The notes beneath the pieces are model-generated. The model was not told where the DNA came from. It ran no database searches and worked only from the letters and a program-made list of their open reading frames with translations. Of a stretch of 61,255 nt of DNA, positions 28,815 through 37,048 are shown one piece after another (position 1 is the stretch's first letter; the number at the start of each line of letters is the position of its first letter). The position numbers and the translations under genes are program-made. This DNA is from an uncultured Pyrinomonadaceae bacterium (GTDB taxonomy: Bacteria > Acidobacteriota > Blastocatellia > Pyrinomonadales > Pyrinomonadaceae): positions 297 through 61,551 of the forward strand of contig CAXSHW010000014.1 in the NCBI GenBank assembly GCA_964237245.1, read 5' to 3'.

Positions 28815-29672
28815 TTATTTTACAAGAATTGTCTTGGTTATAGATTTACCGCAAAACCCGCAACCATCGTCAACTGAAACTGTAATGGTATAATTTCCTG
28901 TCTTAACACCTGATAAATCCCAAAACACTTTTGTGCCTTGTCCAATAATTTTTCCGCCCGAAACTTTGTAATCATAAATTAAAACATCATTTTCGAGGTC
29001 TTTGCCAATTGCTGAAACAGTCATTAGTTTTCGTTCATTAGAAGATATTTCTAATGAACTCAAACTCAACTTGATGACATCGGGAGGAGAATTAGGATAT
29101 TCACGAATATAAATTCTTTCTTTCAATTCGGAATTAGACCATTTTTTACTTGAGTAATAATTTTTTACTCTTTCATTTTCACATAACAACGAATAGTTCT
29201 TTTTTGAAGGAATAAAGGTAATTGTCTGAATTTTATTTTTATTAACTTCAAATGCGATTCCTTTATCTTTATCGAAATAAAGGTAAACGTCAGACCGATT
29301 GACAAAGACCTTTTCTTTTTTGAAGTTCAAGAGATTAATTCCAATATCTTTAAGTCTAACCGTGATTGTAGGAAAGACTGTTATCTCTTTCACCTGCCAT
29401 TCGGAAACATTCCAATCTTCAAAGGTATTTGAACAATTTCCGCTTGAATACGAAATGTTGATATTTGCGTTTTTCGTAGAAAACCATTCGTAATGACGTG
29501 GTTCATCTGAAAGAGGCAAATTATACTCTGAAAAAATTCTTCTCACATCACTGCGGCTAGTTTCGAGAAGTTTTATTTCTTTAACTTTATTTAATTCAAT
29601 CAGTGATTGACCAAATACGCAATTCCACATTGCAAAGATGGAAATGGTAAAAATAATTATTTTTGATTTCAT
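28815..29672 (-). CDS. Hypothetical secreted protein with C-terminal Ig/PKD-like domain (AT-rich orphan)
   Basis: Signal peptide MKSKIIIFTISIFAMWNCVFG-Q and a strong AAGGAG RBS. C-terminal motif is ..DYKVSGGKIIGQGTKVFWDLSGVKTGNYTITVSVDDGCG. The gene is markedly more AT-rich than its neighbours. Confidence 0.7.
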   Translation of the reverse strand: MKSKIIIFTISIFAMWNCVFGQSLIELNKVKEIKLLETSRSDVRRIFSEYNLPLSDEPRHYEWFSTKNANINISYSSGNCSNTFEDWNVSEWQVKEITVFPTITVRLKDIGINLLNFKKEKVFVNRSDVYLYFDKDKGIAFEVNKNKIQTITFIPSKKNYSLLCENERVKNYYSSKKWSNSELKERIYIREYPNSPPDVIKLSLSSLEISSNERKLMTVSAIGKDLENDVLIYDYKVSGGKIIGQGTKVFWDLSGVKTGNYTITVSVDDGCGFCGKSITKTILVK

Positions 29673-29699
29673 TTAAATAAATCGCTCCTTAAATAAAAA

Positions 29700-31676
29700 T
29701 CACTCGACATCAGCCAAAATTTCAATTTTGTTGGACGCTTTTTTATCTAAGGCGACTTGCACCGGAATTTTCCAGACTAGCGTTTTGATTTGGCACGTGC
29801 CGGTGTTGTCTTCGCGGCAGAAATAGACGTTTAGTTTGGCGCGTAAAGTTGCGAGACCTTTGCCGGCGGTCGAAAACGGAACGACAATCGGCAGCGTCGT
29901 GAATTTTTGTTTCGGGTTGGCGATTCGGATGTTTTGACCGCTGAGTAGAGAAATATCGTAACGCTGCGGCGCGTCTTTGTTGAGGTGAAAACCTTCGGGA
30001 AGTTTGAGATTGAAAACGAGCGAATTTTGCGCGTTCGCCGCGACTTCCTGCGCGTCAAGCGTGATTTCTTTGGAATTCGGCGAAAAATCGGCGACAACTT
30101 CTTTAGTTTCAACCGGCGATGACAAACCTTCGATTTTCAGCGTCGAAACTTGCTTGGTTTTCAAATCTACAACGCGAATCGCCTGATTATTTGTATCGGC
30201 AATAAATAATTTTCCGTCCGCGACGCTCAAACCGGCAGGCTCGTAAAAACTCGGATTCGCGCCGTCGGTTTGTCCGGGTTTTCCAGTTCCCAAAAAAGTT
30301 TTGACGGTGCGTGTCTCCGGGTCGAGTTCTTTAATTTTGTGATTGTAAGTGTCGGTAATCAAAGCCCTTCCGTTGTAAAGCGCGACGCCCAAAGGATGCT
30401 GCAAGCGAACGTCGTCGCCTTCACCGTCTTTGTCGCCGAAATCAAACAAATCGCCGCCAACCAGAGTTTCGACCGTTTCTTTTTGCAAATCAATATCACG
30501 AATAACATTCGATTCGGCATCGGCGACGAAAAGATTTTTGCCGTCCGAAACAATTCCCGAAGGCTGCGCAAACGCCGCTTCCGCGATTGCGCCGTCGTAT
30601 CTCGCTTCGGCGCGCGTTCCGGCATAAGGCTCAATCGTGTTTTTCTCCAAATCCATTCGCCAAATCTGGTGCGAACCAGCCATTGCGATGTAAAGATTGC
30701 TGCCGACGAGCGTTAAATCCCACGGCGAATTGATCGCCGTCATTTTCGCGTCGCCGCCGCTGCCATTGAAATCGTCGAGTTTGCCTGTTCCGGCAATTGT
30801 TTCAACTGTTTTCGTTTGCAGATCAACCAGCCGAATCAAATGGTTTTCCGTGTCGGCAACGTAAAGTTTATCCACGTTTAAAGCCAAACCCTGCGGACGA
30901 TTAAAATTTGCCGTCGCAAAATCGCCGTCGGCTTTTCCGGCTGTGCCGCTGCCGATAGTTTCCAGTAATTTGCCGTTAAAATCAGAAACGACGATGCGAT
31001 TATGATTTGAATCGGAAATAAAAAGCCGTTTTGATTTCGCATCAGCCAAAACTTTGCCCGGAAACGCGAGCGGCAAATTACCGACTTTCGCCTGTTCGAG
31101 CGCGAATTTGAGCGGCTGTTCGTTGAGTTGTCCTTTTTTGCGAAACTCGGCAATCGTTTCACCGATAGTTTTGTCGAGCGTCTCAAACTGACCTTCGCCG
31201 GAAACCTGCCCGACGATGTAGCCGTTCGGGTCAATCAGCACCTGAGTAGGCCACGCGCGAACGGCATAAGCGTCCCAAATTTTGAAATTTGCATCGTTGA
31301 CAATCGGATGTTCCAAGCCGTAACGCAAAATTATCTTGTGAATATTTTCCGTGTTTTTTTCGTTCTCGAATTTTGCCGAATGAACGCCGATGACGACGAG
31401 ATTTTTGTCGTATTTGGCTTCGAGTTTTTTGAGGTCAGGAATGATATGAATGCAATTGATACAGCCGTAAGTCCAGAAATCGAGCAGCACGACTTTGCCT
31501 TTCAAACCGGCAATCGAAAGCGGTTTGTCGGTGTTCAGCCAACCGACGCCGCCGGTTAATTCGGGAGCGCGAACTTTTACCTGATATTTCATTGTAGACG
31601 AAAAAAGCGGCTTTGCCTTGATGGAAACACCGCTCGAAATCAAAACCAAAACTAAAAAACCAATAACTGCCTTCAT
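29700..31676 (-). CDS. Thioredoxin-like (redoxin) domain fused to an NHL-repeat beta-propeller (NHLRC2-like), secreted
   Basis: Signal peptide, Trx-fold with WTYGCINCIH, then six NHL-type repeats and a C-terminal beta domain. Confidence 0.85.
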   Translation of the reverse strand: MKAVIGFLVLVLISSGVSIKAKPLFSSTMKYQVKVRAPELTGGVGWLNTDKPLSIAGLKGKVVLLDFWTYGCINCIHIIPDLKKLEAKYDKNLVVIGVHSAKFENEKNTENIHKIILRYGLEHPIVNDANFKIWDAYAVRAWPTQVLIDPNGYIVGQVSGEGQFETLDKTIGETIAEFRKKGQLNEQPLKFALEQAKVGNLPLAFPGKVLADAKSKRLFISDSNHNRIVVSDFNGKLLETIGSGTAGKADGDFATANFNRPQGLALNVDKLYVADTENHLIRLVDLQTKTVETIAGTGKLDDFNGSGGDAKMTAINSPWDLTLVGSNLYIAMAGSHQIWRMDLEKNTIEPYAGTRAEARYDGAIAEAAFAQPSGIVSDGKNLFVADAESNVIRDIDLQKETVETLVGGDLFDFGDKDGEGDDVRLQHPLGVALYNGRALITDTYNHKIKELDPETRTVKTFLGTGKPGQTDGANPSFYEPAGLSVADGKLFIADTNNQAIRVVDLKTKQVSTLKIEGLSSPVETKEVVADFSPNSKEITLDAQEVAANAQNSLVFNLKLPEGFHLNKDAPQRYDISLLSGQNIRIANPKQKFTTLPIVVPFSTAGKGLATLRAKLNVYFCREDNTGTCQIKTLVWKIPVQVALDKKASNKIEILADVE

Positions 31677-31690
31677 ATTTTTCCTACAAA

Positions 31691-31987
31691 TTACCAGTTG
31701 ACGTTTCCTTCTTTCGACGTGTCAATCTGCGCGAGTTCGACGCCTTCATCAAAAAAGAAAATCTTCATCTGGTCAAATAAAAACTGGTGCGAATCGGGAT
31801 TTGAAACATCCAGACCGAAATGATTGATAAGCTGTTTTTGCTTTTCAACCCATTCTTTCCAGCAATTCTGGCAAACTTCCGAGCCGACTTTTTGACCGAG
31901 TTCGGTCGGAATCGGCGCGTAACCGAGCGGTTCGCCTTTTTGCCCGCAGCGAGCGCACTTAAACTTATTATCCGCAAATAAACCCAT
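31691..31987 (-). CDS. yggX: YggX-family Fe(2+)-trafficking / oxidative-damage protection protein
   Basis: The 98-aa product from ATG 31987 aligns by eye to YggX (..CARCGQ..LG.KV..EVCQNCWKEWVEKQKQLINHF..). Confidence 0.8.
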   Translation of the reverse strand: MGLFADNKFKCARCGQKGEPLGYAPIPTELGQKVGSEVCQNCWKEWVEKQKQLINHFGLDVSNPDSHQFLFDQMKIFFFDEGVELAQIDTSKEGNVNW

Positions 31988-32046
31988 TTTATTTCTCCTA
32001 ATTTTATTCGATAAATTGTAAAAATTAGTTTCGGGAGAGTTTTTTC

Positions 32047-32240
32047 GCCGCGAACAAACACGAAAGTTCACGAAAAAGAAAAGAAGTTTTTGCCACAGAT
32101 TTACACAGATAAACGCAGATGAAAACCTGATAAAACAATTTGGATTTATCTTTTTTATCTCTTAAAAATCTGTGTGAATCTGTGAACATTTGTGGTTAAA
32201 TATTCTTCTCTTTTGGTGTTTGTTTGTATTTGTTCGCGGC
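32047..32240. repeat. Nested phased-repeat hairpins: outer CACGAA-family arms around an inner CACAGAT x3 / ATCTGTG x3 (period 10) hairpin
   Basis: gccgcgaacaaa (32047-32058) is the reverse complement of tttgttcgcggc (32229-32240). CACAGAT-type words sit at 32094, 32104 and 32114, and ATCTGTG-type words at 32168, 32178 and 32188. Confidence 0.85.
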
Positions 32241-32695
32241 TAATCTCCTTCCGCTTCACTAATCGCCGCTAAAATTTCGTCGTCTTTCGGGCGCATTAAA
32301 CTCAACGTCTGAACTTGATGATGGCGAATTTTGCCGTTTTTATCAATTATAACAACGGCACGCGCCGAACGTCCGGGAATCCACGATTTCGCATCATACT
32401 TTGCCGAAACTTCGCCGTTTTCGTCAGCCAGCAGCGTCAAAGGCAATTCATATTTCGCGGCAAAATCTTTGTGCGACGCGGCGGAATCGGTTGAGATGCC
32501 GACGACTTCCGCGCCGGTTGCCGCGTAATCCGCCCAATTATCTCTGACGGAACAAAGTTGTTTCGTGCAAACCGGCGTGTTGTCGCCCGGATAAAACAGC
32601 AGAACAACCGTTTTTCCGTGTTTAGCCGACAATTTCCAATCGTTTCCGTCGCCGTCTTTCAAAGTAAAATCAGGCGCGTTTTCTCCGATTTTCAT
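32240..32695 (-). CDS. bcp: Peroxiredoxin, Bcp type
   Basis: AhpC/TSA fold with PVCTKQLC. ATG 32695 (MKIGENAPDF). Confidence 0.9.
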   Translation of the reverse strand: MKIGENAPDFTLKDGDGNDWKLSAKHGKTVVLLFYPGDNTPVCTKQLCSVRDNWADYAATGAEVVGISTDSAASHKDFAAKYELPLTLLADENGEVSAKYDAKSWIPGRSARAVVIIDKNGKIRHHQVQTLSLMRPKDDEILAAISEAEGD

Positions 32696-32708
32696 AATTT
32701 CCTTCTTT

Positions 32709-33329
32709 CTATCGCATCGGGTCTCGATAATATTTGTCGCGTTCGACAATTTTCGTGTCGGCTAAATCAAAAAGTCTCTGCCAACCGGGAAGCATCGCAA
32801 ACCAAACATCTTCGCTTTTGGTTTTCACAATGTTTTGTTTAATAACATCACGCTTAACATAGCCGTTTTTTCGCAACAGAAAAACGATGTCGTCCAAATC
32901 TTTTTCGCGTCCGGCGATGTATTTCAAAATCGCCAGCCATTCGGTTGTGATAATCCGTAAATTATTTTTCAAAGTCGTCGCATCTTTCAATGCTTGCGTG
33001 TAATACTGTCGGTAATTATCTTCGCGCACAATCCAGTCAACGTGAATTTTCTTTTTGCCAATCGTCACTTCATAAGATTCGCCGCCGAAACCAATCGGGC
33101 GAACCGCTTCGAGCGATAATCTTTTTAAAGAAATAACATCAACGTCTTTCGTCAAACGCGGGCTTCCGTAAAGGTGCATCGCAATTCCGCCCGCCAACGC
33201 CCATTCGATATTTTCCCGTTCCGCAATTTCCGCCAACTGTCGGACTGCCGAAAGTCCCGTCTCGGTGTCAATCATCGGACTGTTTGCCAGATTCTGCTCG
33301 ATGTATTCGATTAATTCTTTGTCGCTCAT
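32709..33329 (-). CDS. Small nucleotidyltransferase-fold protein (minimal NTase, DUF6036/AbiEii-like motif)
   Basis: The NTase signature GGIAMHLYGSPRLTKDVDVI (GG-x12-DxD) and the C-terminal ..KYIAGREKDLDDIVFLL are typical of small standalone NTases. Its start overlaps the stop of the radical SAM gene by 1 nt. Confidence 0.6.
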   Translation of the reverse strand: MSDKELIEYIEQNLANSPMIDTETGLSAVRQLAEIAERENIEWALAGGIAMHLYGSPRLTKDVDVISLKRLSLEAVRPIGFGGESYEVTIGKKKIHVDWIVREDNYRQYYTQALKDATTLKNNLRIITTEWLAILKYIAGREKDLDDIVFLLRKNGYVKRDVIKQNIVKTKSEDVWFAMLPGWQRLFDLADTKIVERDKYYRDPMR

Positions 33330-34357
33330 TACTGAAAATCCCGAATATCCTTAAAAGGCTTTTCCGCGTCGTCAAAATTCGGGCGATAATAATGCGAAGC
33401 CGATTCGTATTCCTGCATAAAACCTTCTTCCATTTCCAAATCTTCGAGCAGGGAAACGGCGTTGAACCATTCGCGTTCGCTGATTCTTCTCGAAAGCAAA
33501 ATATAACGCGCGTCGGTTGCGGCTTTGTTCGTCGCGTAATATTGCGCCATCAGTGAAATCGCGGTTTTCGGCGAAAGTTCGCTGCGAATCCAGCGCAAAT
33601 TTTCTTCGATTCCGGCGATGTCGTTCGGCAAAACCAGCAGACGAATCAGCAAACCTTTTTTCAATAATCCGTTTTTGTCGAAAACCAAATTTTCGCCGGT
33701 TTGACGAAACATTTCCTTGATTGCGGCTCGCGCGAACGTCGTGTAATCGCGGATTTTTGAAAATTCAAAACCCGTCTGATTATCGGCGTATTTCAAATCG
33801 GGCAGATAAACATCAACGATTCCGTCCAATAATTTCAAGACTTCGACCGAATCGTAAGCGTTTGTGTTATAAACAATCGGCAAACGCAAACCGTTTTCGG
33901 CGGCGATCAAAATCGCGCGCGCCATTTGCGGCGCGAAATGCGTCGGCGATACAAAACCGATGTTATGACAGCCGCGTTCCTGTAATTCGAGCATCATTTC
34001 AGCCAGTCTTTCGTGTGTGATTTCGTTTTTCTTCTGCGTTTTGTGCGTCTGCGAGATTTGAAAATTTTGACAATAGACGCAGCGCAAATTGCAGTTGCCG
34101 AAGAAAATATTGCCCGCGCCGTTTGTTCCCGACAGACACGGTTCTTCGCCGAAATGCGCCGTATAGCTCGACACAATCGGCAATGCGCCCGAATAACAAG
34201 CGGCGATTTCGTCGTTCAGACGATTGTTGCCGCAGTCTTTTGGACAAACCGTGCAGCTTTCCAAAAGTGTTTCGAGTCGTTCAACTCTCTTTTTCAACTC
34301 GCCCGTTTTCCAGAGTTTCAGGAACTTTGGTTCCAAATCTTCGTTTTCCGTGTGCAT
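33329..34357 (-). CDS. Radical SAM protein, PflX (COG1313) type
   Basis: CxxxCxxC cluster motif NCNLRCVYCQN and an N-terminal CTVCPKDCG Cys motif. Confidence 0.85.
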   Translation of the reverse strand: MHTENEDLEPKFLKLWKTGELKKRVERLETLLESCTVCPKDCGNNRLNDEIAACYSGALPIVSSYTAHFGEEPCLSGTNGAGNIFFGNCNLRCVYCQNFQISQTHKTQKKNEITHERLAEMMLELQERGCHNIGFVSPTHFAPQMARAILIAAENGLRLPIVYNTNAYDSVEVLKLLDGIVDVYLPDLKYADNQTGFEFSKIRDYTTFARAAIKEMFRQTGENLVFDKNGLLKKGLLIRLLVLPNDIAGIEENLRWIRSELSPKTAISLMAQYYATNKAATDARYILLSRRISEREWFNAVSLLEDLEMEEGFMQEYESASHYYRPNFDDAEKPFKDIRDFQ

Positions 34358-34904
34358 TATAAGTGTATTTGCGGATGATATGTTCGGGCGCGACTGTTCG
34401 CGCGAGTTCCCACGTAAAATCCATTTCCGTATTGATCGTAACGGTCGCCATTCGTGTTTCGAGAATCATCAAAATGCCGCCGTAAAATAAAAATAAAATG
34501 CCGATGATGCCGATTGGAATCGGAATCCAGCGATAAGTCGTAAAAAAAGCGGCGACGGCAATCGTCACGCTCGTCAAAATAAAAAATCCCAAACCGTAAT
34601 AAAAAGCGGCGAGCGCGCGCTGCAAAATCCTCGAACGGCTCGTCACGCGGTCGAGCAGTTTAACGACCGTTTCAAGTCGTTTTTCATACAGCGAAATTGC
34701 GTTTTTGTCTTCGACGACAATCAATTCGCTCAGACGAGTTTCGAGTTCGCGCACGCGGTCAATCACGCGACCGAGCCGCGATGAAGTCGAAAGCACGAGC
34801 GAGCCGGTCGCCGAAATCAGCAAAGTCGGCGTCACCATCGCCGTCAAAAATTCGATTGTCGAATTTAAAGCATTCGGATTTAAGCCGATTACGTCGCTTG
34901 CCAT
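34281..34904 (-). CDS. DUF2721-like membrane protein
   Basis: Three TM helices with a coiled linker (RVRELETRLSEL). The 3' end overlaps the radical SAM start by 77 nt. Confidence 0.65.
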   Translation of the reverse strand: MASDVIGLNPNALNSTIEFLTAMVTPTLLISATGSLVLSTSSRLGRVIDRVRELETRLSELIVVEDKNAISLYEKRLETVVKLLDRVTSRSRILQRALAAFYYGLGFFILTSVTIAVAAFFTTYRWIPIPIGIIGILFLFYGGILMILETRMATVTINTEMDFTWELARTVAPEHIIRKYTYNAHGKRRFGTKVPETLENGRVEKES

Positions 34905-34956
34905 AATAAGATTTAAAACTTGACGCTTTCCGCGCCGTCATTAAAAATCTAATGGT

Positions 34957-35967
34957 ATGACTAGCCAAAAACAAACGCAAGGAACTGTCGTCGCTTTGCG
35001 CCACGAAAGCGACGTTTTGAAAAATAATCCGCTTGGCGACGAATATATTCGGGATTTATACGTCTATCTGCCGCCGAATTATGAAGTGAGCGACGAAAGA
35101 TTTCCAGTCGTTTATTGCTTAACCGGATTTACCGGACGCGGCAAAATGCTGCTCAACGACAACGCTTTTACGCCGAATCTGGCGGAAAGAATGGATTTGC
35201 TGATTGCCGAAAATAAAATCAAACCGCTGATCGTCGTGATGCCCGATTGTTTCACCAAATACGGCGGCTCGCAATATATCAACTCGACCGCGACCGGCAA
35301 TTACGAAGATTATCTAACCGAAGAAATCGTGCCGTTCGTTGACAGGCAATTTCGCACGCTGAACGATAAAAATTTCCGCGCCGTAATGGGCAAATCTTCC
35401 GGCGGTTACGGCGCTCTGATAATGGCGATGCGGCATTCGGACATTTTCGGTCTGGCTTGCTCGACCAGCGGCGACGCTTATTTTGAATTATGTTATTTGC
35501 CCGATTTTGCAAAAGCGTTTCGCGCGATTAAGGGAAATCCGAAAGAGTTCGTCGAAAAATTTTGGCGCGAAGAAAAGAAAGGCAAAGACGATTTTCCGGC
35601 GTTAAATATTATCGGAATGAGCGCGTGTTATTCGCCGAACAAAGATTCCGAAATCGGTTTCGATTTGCCGTTCGATTTGGAAACAGGCGAAATTCGCACT
35701 GATGTTTGGGCAAAATGGCTGACGCACGATCCGGTTCGTCTGGTTGAAAAACACGCTGACAAATTGAAAAGTTTGAAACTGCTTTACATTGACGCCGGAA
35801 CGCGCGACGAATTCGCTTTGGATTTAGGCGCAAGAATTTTGTGCAAAAAGTTGAAAGATGCAGGCGTTTCTTTTATTCACGAAGAATTCGACGACGGACA
35901 TATGCAAATCAGTTATCGTTATAATCGTTCGCTCGAATTGATTTCACAAAATATAAAAGCGAATTAA
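34957..35967 (+). CDS. Esterase-family protein (putative esterase / enterochelin-esterase-like alpha/beta hydrolase)
   Basis: Contains the GKSSGGYGAL nucleophile-elbow region and the C-terminal ..FDDGH. Confidence 0.85.
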   Translation: MTSQKQTQGTVVALRHESDVLKNNPLGDEYIRDLYVYLPPNYEVSDERFPVVYCLTGFTGRGKMLLNDNAFTPNLAERMDLLIAENKIKPLIVVMPDCFTKYGGSQYINSTATGNYEDYLTEEIVPFVDRQFRTLNDKNFRAVMGKSSGGYGALIMAMRHSDIFGLACSTSGDAYFELCYLPDFAKAFRAIKGNPKEFVEKFWREEKKGKDDFPALNIIGMSACYSPNKDSEIGFDLPFDLETGEIRTDVWAKWLTHDPVRLVEKHADKLKSLKLLYIDAGTRDEFALDLGARILCKKLKDAGVSFIHEEFDDGHMQISYRYNRSLELISQNIKAN

Positions 35968-36064
35968 CAGGGATGAAGAGGATAGAAGGGATATTTGTTT
36001 TAAAGGAATTTTTTGTTTCAGAAAAAATTTCTTATCCCATTTATCCTCTTCATCCCTGTTAATT
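35962..36064. repeat. Long inverted repeat / bidirectional terminator that contains both convergent stop codons
   Basis: aattaacagggatgaagaggata (35962-35984) is the reverse complement of tatcctcttcatccctgttaatt (36042-36064). The inner arms continue with mismatches. GGAT recurs at 35971, 35980 and 35989. Confidence 0.85.
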
Positions 36065-36398
36065 ATTTCTGCGAAACGCGCTCGACTTCGGCGTTCATTT
36101 TCCCGATCAGCATATAAAAAACCATTTTGTAATCGCTGATAAAAGACCAGAAAGGATATTTGAAAGTCGCGGGTTTGTTGTGTTCGACGTAAAAATGCGC
36201 GAACCACGCGAAGGCGTAACCGATGACGAGGCAGAGCGGAAAATAAAGCCAGTGACCGCCGCGAACGATCCAGACGAGCAGCACCAAACTCAGCATCGTG
36301 CCGATGAAATGCAGATAGCGCGTCAACGGCTCGCTGTGTTCGGCAACGTAAAAATTCCAGAAATCGGCGTAATTTGTAATTCTTTTTTCGTCGTTCAT
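36063..36398 (-). CDS. DUF962 (Mpo1-like) membrane protein
   Basis: 111-aa ORF with YVAEHSEPLTRYLHFIGT..FAWFAHFYVEHNKPATF, typical of DUF962. Confidence 0.8.
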   Translation of the reverse strand: MNDEKRITNYADFWNFYVAEHSEPLTRYLHFIGTMLSLVLLVWIVRGGHWLYFPLCLVIGYAFAWFAHFYVEHNKPATFKYPFWSFISDYKMVFYMLIGKMNAEVERVSQK

Positions 36399-36428
36399 AA
36401 TGTTATTTTCCGAAAACTTTGCACAAAG

Positions 36429-36914
36429 TTAAATCATTTTCTCGATTATTTCAACGATTTTTCGCAAGCCTTTCGCATCAATTTCAGAAAAATCATTTAT
36501 TTGGTCGCTGTCAACGTCCAAAACCATTGCAACATTTTTGTTCTCATCGAAAACAGGCAGAACGATTTCCGATTTTGAAGCCGAACTGCACGCGATATGA
36601 CCGGGAAATTCGTCAACATTCGGAACGATAACCGTTTCTTTCGTCGTGAAACAATATCCGCAGACGCCTTTGTCGAAATCAATTCTGGTGCAGGCAATTG
36701 TTCCTTGAAACGCGCTCAAGACAAGCTGATTTTCCTTTTTTAAATAAAATCCGACCCAGAAAAATCCGAGAGCTTCTTTCAATGCTGCCGTAATGTTCGC
36801 CAGATTTGCGACTAAATCCGTTTCACCTTCAACTAGCGCGGCAATTTGCGGCGCTAGTTCGTTGTAAATCTTTTGGCGATTGCCTGTTTTTGAAAACGTT
36901 AAACTTTCAGCCAT
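36429..36914 (-). CDS. msrC: GAF-domain free methionine-(R)-sulfoxide reductase-like protein
   Basis: Single GAF domain of about 160 aa with FWVGFY, GTIACTRI, KGVCG and the HIACSSASKSEIV motifs. ATG 36914; the ORF-track start at 36944 is TTG. Confidence 0.8.
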   Translation of the reverse strand: MAESLTFSKTGNRQKIYNELAPQIAALVEGETDLVANLANITAALKEALGFFWVGFYLKKENQLVLSAFQGTIACTRIDFDKGVCGYCFTTKETVIVPNVDEFPGHIACSSASKSEIVLPVFDENKNVAMVLDVDSDQINDFSEIDAKGLRKIVEIIEKMI

Positions 36915-36991
36915 ATCGAAAAAGTTTAGCACGGGAATTTTCAAAATTTCCGCAAATATTTTGCCGAAATTTTTTCTTTCATACTTTTTTC

Positions 36992-37007
36992 TGGCACTGA
37001 TTTTGCG
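36992..37007 (+). promoter_or_regulatory. Sigma54 (-24/-12) promoter
   Basis: TGGCAC-tgatt-TTGCG matches the TGGCAC-N5-TTGC consensus exactly. It lies 42 nt upstream of the SDR start codon. Confidence 0.6.
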
Positions 37008-37048
37008 TTCATCAACTTCTACAAGTCAATCAAGGGGAAATTTTCAAG

